NCBI RefSeq assembly: GCF_000195755.1
Contig: NC_002937.3
Coordinates: forward strand, 2,790,001 to 2,822,000
DNA: 32,000 nt
Direction of reading: 5' to 3'
Source of the DNA: Nitratidesulfovibrio vulgaris str. Hildenborough
GTDB taxonomy: Bacteria; Desulfobacterota; Desulfovibrionia; Desulfovibrionales; Desulfovibrionaceae
A model generated the notes under the pieces. The model saw only the letters and a list, made by a program, of their open reading frames with translations, was not told the origin of the DNA and did no database searches. This document shows positions 17,224 to 25,478 of the stretch, one piece after another. A program made the translations under genes and the position numbers. The stretch's first letter is position 1. Every line of letters begins with the position of its first letter.

Positions 17224-17708
17224 GCGCAAGCATGAACCTTCTGCCGGGTATGCCGTCGCGCCCTGCATTGTCCGAAGCCGCCTTGCCTGCGGCAGCCCGC
17301 GAGATAGCGGCGCTGGTGGGGCTACCCAAGACCCTGCAACTGGTGGAACGCCTTGGTGGCACGACGTTCCCCGTGCCCAAACGCGCCACCAAGGTGGGCG
17401 AACTGCGCTACTTCATGCTTGCCGACGTGGTGGGGGTGGAGGCGGCCGACCTGTTGTGCAGACACTACGGCGGAACCAACCTGTACGTGCCCCGTTGTGC
17501 CGAAGCCCTACGCAAGGCGCGTGATGCGGAAATCGTGGCGACCTTCGACCGTGAGACGAAAGAGAAGAGTGCTAGCGCGGTTGTCGCGGAACTCGCCTTG
17601 CGGTATAGGCTGTCCGACAGGCGTATATGGCTGATACTCAAAGAGGTCCCTGTCCTCGCCGTCATGGAACACATCAACCCCGCCCGCAGGCAAGGGCGGC
17701 TGTTGTAG
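17220..17708 (+). CDS. Mor/C-family transcriptional activator (middle/late gene activator)
   Basis: 162 aa. C-terminal HTH AELALRYRLSDRRIWLILKE and core LLCRHYGGTNLYVP are typical of the Mor family. The ATGA start overlaps the GemA stop. Confidence 0.8.
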   Translation: MSASMNLLPGMPSRPALSEAALPAAAREIAALVGLPKTLQLVERLGGTTFPVPKRATKVGELRYFMLADVVGVEAADLLCRHYGGTNLYVPRCAEALRKARDAEIVATFDRETKEKSASAVVAELALRYRLSDRRIWLILKEVPVLAVMEHINPARRQGRLL

Positions 17709-17720
17709 AGGAGTAGCGAA

Positions 17721-18059
17721 GTGGTACGTTTATTTGCCCTTGTACTTCTATTGGTTACAATGCCCACGCTTGCTTTTGCAGATGATGCAGAGAGAGTAGA
17801 AAAACACAAAATCGGTGCCATGAAGGGTGACTACCAAGACCAACGCAACCTTGCTTATACTCTTTCAACGTCCAGTGACCCCTTCGTCGAGAACAAGATG
17901 CTCGGCTGCGCTTGGCGCAAGTTGATACTTCTTTCGGGAAGTCAACGAATCGATGCTACTGACATACAGAACGAAAAGTTCTATTGCGGCAAGCTCTCCC
18001 CTGAAGAACAGGCTGTCGCAACAAAGCAGGCAGAGCGCCTCTATAAAGAAATATACTAG
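17721..18059 (+). CDS. Secreted small protein (112 aa), lower-GC moron after mor
   Basis: GTG start with AGAGGAG 7 nt upstream. Signal peptide VRLFALVLLLVTMPTLAFA|DD. Two Cys residues. About 43% GC in its first 60 nt by hand count, against a GC-rich backbone. Confidence 0.7.
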   Translation: MVRLFALVLLLVTMPTLAFADDAERVEKHKIGAMKGDYQDQRNLAYTLSTSSDPFVENKMLGCAWRKLILLSGSQRIDATDIQNEKFYCGKLSPEEQAVATKQAERLYKEIY

Positions 18060-18082
18060 CCACTGAACCCCTTCAACCTGTC
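18060..18082 (+). repeat. Conserved 23-nt box, copy A (CCACTGAACCCCTTCAACCTGTC)
   Basis: 21/23 identical to 26806-26828, including a 15-nt exact run. It lies upstream of the lysis cassette, the Plys position in Mu. Confidence 0.85.
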
Positions 18083-18083
18083 A

Positions 18084-18130
18084 CCGCCCCCGGTCGCTGT
18101 CATTCTGACAGCGCCGGGGGCGGCCCCTTT
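18084..18130 (+). terminator. Strong rho-independent terminator after the mor-moron unit
   Basis: CCGCCCCCGG(T)CGCTGTCA-TTC-TGACAGCGCCGGGGGCGG (18 bp with a 1-nt bulge) followed by CCCCTTTT. Confidence 0.8.
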
Positions 18131-18171
18131 TCCGCCTCCTGCGTGACCTGAAACCACTAGGAGGCTTTCAC

Positions 18172-18534
18172 ATGCACATTCCCCGTTCAGTGCGCGCCGC
18201 CCGTCATGCACGGATGCTGTGGTGCGCGTTCATCGCTCTTCTGTTCCTGCTGGCCGTGGGCTGCATCGCCCCGCAACAGTTGCCCGTCATCCTGTACAAG
18301 GCGTCGCTCATCCTTCTGGCCGCCTTCACGGGTTACTGGATAGACCGTTGGGCCTTCCCCTACGCACGGCCCGACAGCTACCTCGTATCAGACTGGCGCA
18401 GGCAGCGCGGCTTTGTGCCGTGTGACGCCAATGACCCCATCGCGCGGGGCTATGCACGCATCTTCGCGGCCGCGCTGGTGCGCCGGGCCATCATCATGGG
18501 GGCGGCGATGCTGGCCGTGGGGCTGGGGCTGTGA
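18172..18534 (+). CDS. Putative holin (three predicted TM segments)
   Basis: 120 aa. Hydrophobic segments MLWCAFIALLFLLAVGCIA, ASLILLAAFTGYWI and AIIMGAAMLAVGLGL. TAGGAGG SD. It lies immediately upstream of, and overlapping, the endolysin gene. Confidence 0.45.
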   Translation: MHIPRSVRAARHARMLWCAFIALLFLLAVGCIAPQQLPVILYKASLILLAAFTGYWIDRWAFPYARPDSYLVSDWRRQRGFVPCDANDPIARGYARIFAAALVRRAIIMGAAMLAVGLGL

Positions 18535-19181
18535 TGAAGGCGCGTTCTTACCCCGTATTGCCCCCCTGCATGGGCTGTTGCCTGTTGTTGCTGGCCCTCA
18601 TGTGGACGGCAGCCGCCCACTCCGCCCCGGCTATCCCCATGCAGGCCATCCAGTACCGTTCTCAACTCATGCGCGAGGCCCGCGCACAGTGGGGGCTTTC
18701 TGCCCCCACGGCCACCTTCGCGGCGCAAGTGCATCAGGAAAGCGGCTGGAACGCCGACGCCGTGTCACCCGTGGGCGCGCAGGGGCTGGCGCAGTTCATG
18801 CCGTCCACGGCGCGGTGGCTCCCAACGGTGGCCTCGGACACGGGCAAGCCCTTGCCGTTCAACCCCGGCTGGGCGTTGCGTGCCCTTGTCACCTATGACC
18901 GTTGGCTGTGGCAGCGGGTGCAGGCCGTCACGCCCTGCGACCGCATGGCCCTTGCCCTAGCCGCCTACAACGGCGGCCTCGGCTGGGTGCAGCGCGATGC
19001 CCGGCTTGCCGCCGCACGCGGGCTGGACGCCCGGCGGTGGTGGGACAACGTGGAGACCGTCAACGCCGGACGCTCCGCTAACGCCAAGCGCGAGAACCGG
19101 GGCTACCCCCGGCGCATCCTGCTGACCCTCGAACCCGCTTACATGGCGGCGGGCTGGGGCGGGGGCATGTGCCATGAGTAG
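18534..19181 (+). CDS. Endolysin, soluble lytic transglycosylase (SLT) domain with N-terminal signal/SAR sequence
   Basis: The catalytic-Glu motif QVHQESGWNADAVSPVGAQGLAQFMPSTA is the SLT signature. N-terminal hydrophobic region CCLLLLALMWTAAAHSA. The ATG at 18534 overlaps the upstream TGA. Confidence 0.85.
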   Translation: MKARSYPVLPPCMGCCLLLLALMWTAAAHSAPAIPMQAIQYRSQLMREARAQWGLSAPTATFAAQVHQESGWNADAVSPVGAQGLAQFMPSTARWLPTVASDTGKPLPFNPGWALRALVTYDRWLWQRVQAVTPCDRMALALAAYNGGLGWVQRDARLAAARGLDARRWWDNVETVNAGRSANAKRENRGYPRRILLTLEPAYMAAGWGGGMCHE

Positions 19182-19593
19182 CTTCAACCCGGCATCCATC
19201 CTGTCCTTCCTGTGGCGGATACGCGGGGCGCTGGCGCTGCTGCTCGTGAGCGTTCTTCTGCTGGCCCTGTCGGTGCGCTGCAACACGCTACGCGCGACCC
19301 TTGCCGCCGAACAGACAGCCCATAACGCCACCCTCCACGCCCTGCTTGATGCCGTGCATGAGGGCGACCGCTGGAAGGCCCTGACCGAAGACGCCTACGC
19401 CAAGGCCGCCGCGCTCTCGGACTATGCCGACGCCTGCCTGAAGCGAGAGGCAGAGGCCCGCGCCGACTTCGCCGCCCGAACCACCATCATGACCAACGCC
19501 AGACCCCGCCCCCGCACCGATGCGGAAGCGAAGGAGGTTATCGACGATGCGACGCGCATGGCCGCTGCTGCTCGCCTTAATCGCCCTTGGTAG
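19174..19593 (+). CDS. i-spanin (Rz-like)
   Basis: N-terminal TM GALALLLVSVLLLALSV followed by a charged coiled periplasmic domain. Position after the endolysin. Confidence 0.6.
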   Translation: MSSFNPASILSFLWRIRGALALLLVSVLLLALSVRCNTLRATLAAEQTAHNATLHALLDAVHEGDRWKALTEDAYAKAAALSDYADACLKREAEARADFAARTTIMTNARPRPRTDAEAKEVIDDATRMAAAARLNRPW

Positions 19594-19840
19594 CGGATGC
19601 GCCGGGCGAGCGCTTCCCACAGTGCCCCCGGCCCCGGTGCTGGCCCCCGTGGTGGTGTGCCCGGCCCCTTCCCGGCCCGGTCTGCCCGCGCTGGACGGCA
19701 CTCTCCCCTTCGACAGCCCGGCCAACGTGGGGGCACTGCTTGAACGTGACGACGCCTTGCGCGGCTACGCCAAGGGCCTTGAGGCCACGGTGGACTGCTA
19801 CCGGGCGCAGACCGTCAGCACCCCCGGCAAGGAGCGTTAG
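19547..19840 (+). CDS. o-spanin (Rz1-like outer-membrane lipoprotein), overlapping the i-spanin 3' end
   Basis: MRRAWPLLLALIALGSGC lipoprotein-type signal with Cys, and a Pro-rich mature part. AAGGAGG 9 nt upstream of ATG 19547. 47-nt out-of-frame overlap with the i-spanin gene. Confidence 0.6.
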   Translation: MRRAWPLLLALIALGSGCAGRALPTVPPAPVLAPVVVCPAPSRPGLPALDGTLPFDSPANVGALLERDDALRGYAKGLEATVDCYRAQTVSTPGKER

Positions 19841-19843
19841 CGC

Positions 19844-20125
19844 ATGGAAACGGCCGCGCTGGTCTCCTTCATCCTCAACGGCTTTCTGACGCTGGCTGGC
19901 ACATTGTTCGGCTTCGTGTTGCGTGCCGCATGGCAGCAACTGGACGCCCTGAAGCAGGAACTGGCCGCCTTGCGCGAGCGTATGACGGACCAGTGCGTCC
20001 GCCGTGACGACTACACCATGATGCGCGGCGAGGTGCTGTCCCAGCTTGAACGCATCGACTCCAAACTCGACAGACTGGCGCAACGCCTGACCCGCGAAAC
20101 AGGGGGACCATATGAACAAGGGTAA
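19844..20125 (+). CDS. Small membrane protein, N-terminal TM + coiled coil
   Basis: 93 aa. TM LVSFILNGFLTLAGTLFGFVL followed by a heptad-like segment containing LERIDSKLDRLAQRL. Confidence 0.6.
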   Translation: METAALVSFILNGFLTLAGTLFGFVLRAAWQQLDALKQELAALRERMTDQCVRRDDYTMMRGEVLSQLERIDSKLDRLAQRLTRETGGPYEQG

Positions 20126-20327
20126 CGGCCTCGGCGAAGATTGCTCCCGTGAGCTGGAGCTTCTTGAACGCATTGATGCCAAGATGGACAAACTAGGCAA
20201 ACGCATGGACGGCTTGGAACGCCGCGCGGCCACGGCCGGTGCGGTGGCGGGCGGCGTCTCCGGCGGTCTGGCCGGGGGCGTGGTGGCCGTGGGCATCCTG
20301 TACATCAAGGCCAAGCTGGGGTGGTGA
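20112..20327 (+). CDS. Small tail-anchored membrane protein, coiled coil + C-terminal Gly-rich TM
   Basis: 71 aa. LERIDAKMDKLGKRM, then AVAGGVSGGLAGGVVAVGILYI. GGGGG SD. Confidence 0.6.
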   Translation: MNKGNGLGEDCSRELELLERIDAKMDKLGKRMDGLERRAATAGAVAGGVSGGLAGGVVAVGILYIKAKLGW

Positions 20328-20328
20328 C

Positions 20329-20847
20329 ATGGCGCATGATGAAGCCACCCGCCGGGCGGCGCGTTCCGCCTACGCCTATGACCAGTTGCCGCTGGAACGG
20401 GCCGCCGCCAAGGCGGGGGTGCCCGCGTCCACCCTCGCGCGCTGGAAGCGCGAGGCCAAGGCCGAAGGTGACGACTGGGACAAGGTGCGCGCCGCCAACG
20501 CGCTGGCTTCGGGCGGGGTCGAAGACGTGGCCCGGCAGATGCTCACCGACTACGTGGTGCAGCACAAGACGCTGATAGACCACCTGCGCGACGAGACCAC
20601 GGGCGAACGGATGTCCCCGCGCGACAAGGCCGACATCCTCGCCAGCCTTGCCGACAGCTTCAACAAGACCGTGGCCGCCTGCCGCCGGGTCATGCCCGAG
20701 ACCAACGAACTGGCCGTGGCCCTTGAAGTGCTGGGCCTGCTTGGCGACTACGTGCGCGAACACTTCCCCGGTCATGCCCCGGCCCTGCTCGAAGTGCTCG
20801 AACCCTTCGGCTACGAGCTTTCCAAGCATTACGGGGGCAAGGCATGA
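20329..20847 (+). CDS. Mu gp27-like protein (DUF1804; putative small terminase subunit)
   Basis: MAHDEATRRAARSAYAYDQLPLERAAAKAGVPASTLARWKREAKAEGDDWDK is the typical gp27/DUF1804 N-terminus. It lies directly upstream of the large terminase. Confidence 0.8.
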   Translation: MAHDEATRRAARSAYAYDQLPLERAAAKAGVPASTLARWKREAKAEGDDWDKVRAANALASGGVEDVARQMLTDYVVQHKTLIDHLRDETTGERMSPRDKADILASLADSFNKTVAACRRVMPETNELAVALEVLGLLGDYVREHFPGHAPALLEVLEPFGYELSKHYGGKA

Positions 20848-22520
20848 AGATAGCCCCCAAGCTCACCCGGCGCGAGTTCCTGCTTTCGCTGGCCGAGCTT
20901 TCCGCCACCTTGCGCCAGCAGATAGAGGCCGAATGCGAAGGCTTCGCGGCAGACCCGGAAGCCAGTGCCAAACGTCGCGCACAAGCACAGGACGACTTCA
21001 CCTACTTCAGGCGCACCTACTTCCCGCATTATGTGCGGGCTACGGCCACGACAGGCGGCGGCGATTCGGTCTTGCACCGCTGGCTGGACGCCGAACTGCC
21101 CAGCATGGTGGCAAGCCCTGCCGGGGTGAAGCTGGCGGTGGCCGCCCCGCGTGGCGAGGCCAAGTCCACCTATGTGGCGCTGTTCTTCGTGCTGTGGTGC
21201 GTGGCCACGGGCCGCAAGCACTACATATTGCTGATTGCCGACGCCCTGACACAGGCCGCCGCGCTGCTTGAGGCAGTGAAGGCCGAACTTGAGGCCAACC
21301 CGCGCCTTGGCATGGACTTTCCCGAGGCCACGGGCCGGGGTCGCATCTGGAACGAGGTCACCACGGTGACGGCGGGCAACATCAAGTTGCAGGCCCTTGG
21401 CGCGGGCAAGCGTATGCGCGGCCTGCGGCACGGCCCGCACCGCCCCGACCTGTGCATCCTCGACGACCTTGAGAACGACGAGAACGTGCAGAAGCCCGAA
21501 CAGCGCGACAAGCTTGAAGCATGGCTGCAACGCACCGTGCTGTCGCTTGGCCCGGCCGACGACAGCATGGACGTGGTGTATGTGGGCACCATCCTGCATT
21601 ACGACAGCGTGCTGGCCCGCACCCTGAAGAAACCCCTGTGGCGCTCAAGGGCGTTCCGGGCCGTGCTGGCGTGGCCGCACCGCATGGACCTGTGGGACAG
21701 GTGGGAGGCCATCCTCCACGGCGAAGGGGCAGAGGCGGCGCGGGCCTTCCACACGGCCCATGCCGACGACATGGCCCAAGGGGCAGAGGTCTCATGGCCC
21801 GCCATGCGCCCCCTGTACAAGCTGATGGAGAAGCGCGCCGAAGACCACGCCGCCTTCGACGCCGAACAGCAGAACGACCCCCTTTCCGGCGACGACGCCC
21901 CCTTTGCCACCTGCATCACCTTCTGGGTGGACCGCCGAGCCGACTGGCTGTTCTTCGGCGCAGTGGACCCTTCATTGGGCAAGCACGGCGCAGGGCGCGA
22001 CCCTTCCGCCATCCTTGTGGGCGGTTTCCACCGGGCCACCATGACGCTGGACGTGGTGGAGGCCCTCATCCGCAAGCGGCACCCCGACCGCATCATTGAA
22101 GACGTCATCGCCGCCCATGCCGAATACCGCTGCCTGATGTGGGGCGTGGAGGCCGTGCAGTTTCAAGAGTTCTTCGCGCACGTGCTGGCCCAGCGCGCCC
22201 TTGAACGGGGCATGGCCATGCCGGTGCGTCCCGTGGTGAACGGCACCGACAAGCAGCTGCGCATCGAGACCTTGCAACCCTACATGGTGCAGGGCCGCAT
22301 ACGCCTGCACCCCTCACAGGCCACGCTGGTTGACCAGTTGCGCCATTTCCCCAAGGCCGACCACGACGACGGGCCGGACGCGCTAGAGATGCTGTGGCGC
22401 ATGGCTACGGGCGGCTTCGTCAGCCTGCGCGACGCCTTCATCCCCGTACCGCGCACCCATTCCTTCAGGGCCACGGCCCCCGACGCATTCGACGAGGAGG
22501 CAGACCATGTATTCTATTGA
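20844..22520 (+). CDS. Terminase large subunit (Mu gp28-like)
   Basis: 558 aa. Walker A-like PRGEAKS, Walker B-like LCILDDLEND, and a C-terminal nuclease region with HDDGPDALEM. Position matches Mu gp28. Confidence 0.88.
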   Translation: MKIAPKLTRREFLLSLAELSATLRQQIEAECEGFAADPEASAKRRAQAQDDFTYFRRTYFPHYVRATATTGGGDSVLHRWLDAELPSMVASPAGVKLAVAAPRGEAKSTYVALFFVLWCVATGRKHYILLIADALTQAAALLEAVKAELEANPRLGMDFPEATGRGRIWNEVTTVTAGNIKLQALGAGKRMRGLRHGPHRPDLCILDDLENDENVQKPEQRDKLEAWLQRTVLSLGPADDSMDVVYVGTILHYDSVLARTLKKPLWRSRAFRAVLAWPHRMDLWDRWEAILHGEGAEAARAFHTAHADDMAQGAEVSWPAMRPLYKLMEKRAEDHAAFDAEQQNDPLSGDDAPFATCITFWVDRRADWLFFGAVDPSLGKHGAGRDPSAILVGGFHRATMTLDVVEALIRKRHPDRIIEDVIAAHAEYRCLMWGVEAVQFQEFFAHVLAQRALERGMAMPVRPVVNGTDKQLRIETLQPYMVQGRIRLHPSQATLVDQLRHFPKADHDDGPDALEMLWRMATGGFVSLRDAFIPVPRTHSFRATAPDAFDEEADHVFY

Positions 22521-24225
22521 CGACATGCTGCGCACGGCGCGCGGCTTCGTCCATTCGTTTCTGGCTTCGGGCGGGGTGCAGACCCGAGACGGCGACAGGG
22601 CCGAGGCCACGGCCAACCTGTACTGGGAGCGTTGGGGCAACGCCGTGGACGGCCTCACCCCCGCGCGGCTGCGCAGCATCCTGCAAGCGGCGGACGACGG
22701 CGACATCCTGCGCCAGCACCTGCTCTTCGCCGACATGGAGGACAGGTGCGACCATCTGGCGGCGGAACTGTCGAAGCGCAAACGGGCCTTGCTGACCCTC
22801 GACTGGGAGATACTGCCGGGCCGCGCCGCAGACGCCAAGGCACAGCGCGTGGCCGATGCCGTGCGCGAACAGTTCGACGCGCTGGCCAACATCGAAGACC
22901 TCATGCTGGACATGGCCGACGGCATAGGCCACGGCTTCGCCGCCTTGGAGATACAGTGGGGGCGCGAAGGACGCACCCACCTGCCGCAGGCGTTCCACTT
23001 CAGGCCACAGGCATGGTTCCAGACCGCGCCAGAAGACCGCAACGCCCTGCGCCTGCGCGACGGCACGGCCGAAGGGGCCACCCTGCAACCCTTCGGCTGG
23101 GTGCTGCACACCCACCGCAGCCGTTCGGGCTGGCTGCCCCGCGCCGGGCTGTTCCGCGTGCTGGCATGGTCGTACCTCATCCGGGCCTACGCCCTTGCCG
23201 CCAACGCCTCCTATGTGGAGGTGCACGGTCTGCCGTTCCGCCTTGGCAAATACCCGCAGGGCAGCAACGAAGAAGACAAGGCGGCCCTGCGGCGCGCCTT
23301 GCAGTGCCTTGGCCGCGATGCTTCGGGCATCATCCCGCAGGGGATGGACATCATCTTCCAGACGCCCGCCAACAGCACGCACGACCACTTCGGCACGCTC
23401 ATTGCCCGGTGCGAACAGGGCATGAGCAAGGCCATCTTGGGCGGCACGCTGACCAGTCAGGCCGACGGCAAGACCAGCACCAACGCCCTTGGCAACATCC
23501 ATAACGAGATGCGGCACGACCTGCTGGTGTCGGACGCCTTGCAGATTGCGGGCACGCTGTCCCGGCAGGTGCTGGCCCCGCTGGCCATCCTGAACGAGGG
23601 CGTGGCCGATGCCCGGTTTCTGCCGTGGTTCCGCTTCGACACGCGCGAGGCCGAAGACCTTTCGACCTACGCCGATGCGTTGCCCAAGCTGGCGGGTGTG
23701 ATGCGCATCCCCGCCCGCTGGGCGCATGAGAAGCTGAAGATACCGCAACCCGAAGGGGATGAAGAGGTGCTGCGCGTGCCCGATGCCCTTGGCGGGCCGC
23801 GTGACGCGAACGCGGGGCCGGGGCCTAAAGGTGGCGCACCTACAGGCCAAGGTGAGGGTGCGGGCGAAGACGCGGCGCTCACGGCGGCCCTTGCGGCGGT
23901 CTCTGCCCCAACGACTGACCATGACGCTGGCCCTGAATCTGGCCCTGACGCTGGCCATGACGCTGCCCCTGAACCGGATGCAGACTTTCCCGACCAGCAG
24001 GCCGTGGACGCCATCGACCTGCCCGACGCGACCTTGCAGGCCGCCATGGAAGAACTGCTGGCCCCGCTCATGGCAGAACTCCAGCAAGGCACGGAACCGG
24101 GTGAACTGCTGGCGCGACTCGGGGAACTGTACCCCACGATGCCGGGCCGCAATCTGGAAGAACTGCTGGCGCGGGCGCTGTTCGTCAGCGAGGTGTGGGG
24201 GCGCGTGAGCGCCGCAGGTGAATAG
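22507..24225 (+). CDS. Portal protein (Mu gp29-like, DUF935)
   Basis: 572 aa. Its position after the terminase and the conserved-looking N-terminal and central regions (DGDILRQHLLFADMEDRCDHL...) are typical of the Mu gp29 family. GGAGGAGG SD. Confidence 0.85.
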   Translation: MYSIDDMLRTARGFVHSFLASGGVQTRDGDRAEATANLYWERWGNAVDGLTPARLRSILQAADDGDILRQHLLFADMEDRCDHLAAELSKRKRALLTLDWEILPGRAADAKAQRVADAVREQFDALANIEDLMLDMADGIGHGFAALEIQWGREGRTHLPQAFHFRPQAWFQTAPEDRNALRLRDGTAEGATLQPFGWVLHTHRSRSGWLPRAGLFRVLAWSYLIRAYALAANASYVEVHGLPFRLGKYPQGSNEEDKAALRRALQCLGRDASGIIPQGMDIIFQTPANSTHDHFGTLIARCEQGMSKAILGGTLTSQADGKTSTNALGNIHNEMRHDLLVSDALQIAGTLSRQVLAPLAILNEGVADARFLPWFRFDTREAEDLSTYADALPKLAGVMRIPARWAHEKLKIPQPEGDEEVLRVPDALGGPRDANAGPGPKGGAPTGQGEGAGEDAALTAALAAVSAPTTDHDAGPESGPDAGHDAAPEPDADFPDQQAVDAIDLPDATLQAAMEELLAPLMAELQQGTEPGELLARLGELYPTMPGRNLEELLARALFVSEVWGRVSAAGE

Positions 24226-24227
24226 CC

Positions 24228-25478
24228 ATGCCCGAAGTCCCCTCACTCACCTACGCCATAGCGCTACCGCCCAAGGATGCCATCGCCTACTTCGAGGCCA
24301 AGGGCTACGCCGTCACCTTCAACTGGCACGACCTGTGGCAAGAGGCGCACGCCCGCGCCTTCACCGTGGCAGGCGTCGCCCGGCTGGACGTGCTGGAGGA
24401 CATCCGCGAAGCCCTCACCACCCACCTGAAGGAGGGCAAGGGCGAATACCGGTTCCACAAGCAACTGGAACCGACGCTGCGTAGCAAGGGCTGGTGGGGC
24501 AAACGCACAGAGACGGGGGCCGACGGCAAGCCCCGCGTGGTGCGCATGGGCAGCCCGGCCCGGTTGCGGCTCATCTTCCGTCAGAACATCCAGACGGCGT
24601 ACATGGCGGGCCGCTACAGGCAGATGCACGAGAACGCCGAAGCCCGCCCCTTCTGGCAGTATGTGGCCGTGCTGGATTCCAAGACGCGCCCCGGCCACAA
24701 GATGTTGCACGGGCGCGTGTTCCGCCATGACGACCCGTTCTGGCATTCGCACTATCCGCCCAACGGCTGGGGCTGCCGCTGCCGGGTGCGTGCCCTGTCG
24801 CCGCACCGCATGGAGAAGGAAGGCCTCACCACCGAAAGCGGCGCACGGCACATGGTGACGCAGCAGCGCGAGGTGCTGAACCGCCATACCGGAGAGGTGC
24901 AGACGCGCCCCGTCACCGGCTACCGGATGCCGGGCGCGGACGGTGCCATTGCATGGACGGACCTTGGCTTCTCATACAACCCCGGTGCGGCCGGGCTGGC
25001 CAACATGCTTGGCGAGGGCATCCGCAAGCTTGAGGGCGCAACGCATCCGGTGGCCGCCGCCACGGTGCGCAGACTGGCCAGCGGTGAGACGTTCACGGCG
25101 TGGCAGGCCAAGCCCGAAGGCGACTTCCCCTTGGCGGTGCTGCGGGGTGAAGACGCGGCGCGCATCGGCGCAACGTCCACGGTGGCCCGGCTGTCACCAG
25201 AGACCTACGCCAAACAGTGCCGCCACCACCCCGAACTGACACAGGCCGACTACGCACGCGCTCAAGACGTGGTGGAACAGGGCGAACGGCTACAGGATGG
25301 CACAAAGAACCTGCTGTTTCTGCTGGATGAACCGGGCGGGCATGTCGTGGTGGTGAAGGCCACCCAAGAAGCCGATGAACTGTTCGTGACCAGTATGCGC
25401 CGCTTGAGCCAAGGCGAAGCCCGCCGCAACAGCGAGGTCAGGCGGTTGAGAAAAAAGCAGCCCGGCTCGGACAGATAG
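24228..25478 (+). CDS. Head morphogenesis protein (Mu F / SPP1 gp7 family)
   Basis: 416 aa. The core WQYVAVLDSKTRPGHKMLHGRVFRHDDPFWHSHYPPNGWGCRCRV is the gp7/Mu F signature. Confidence 0.88.
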   Translation: MPEVPSLTYAIALPPKDAIAYFEAKGYAVTFNWHDLWQEAHARAFTVAGVARLDVLEDIREALTTHLKEGKGEYRFHKQLEPTLRSKGWWGKRTETGADGKPRVVRMGSPARLRLIFRQNIQTAYMAGRYRQMHENAEARPFWQYVAVLDSKTRPGHKMLHGRVFRHDDPFWHSHYPPNGWGCRCRVRALSPHRMEKEGLTTESGARHMVTQQREVLNRHTGEVQTRPVTGYRMPGADGAIAWTDLGFSYNPGAAGLANMLGEGIRKLEGATHPVAAATVRRLASGETFTAWQAKPEGDFPLAVLRGEDAARIGATSTVARLSPETYAKQCRHHPELTQADYARAQDVVEQGERLQDGTKNLLFLLDEPGGHVVVVKATQEADELFVTSMRRLSQGEARRNSEVRRLRKKQPGSDR

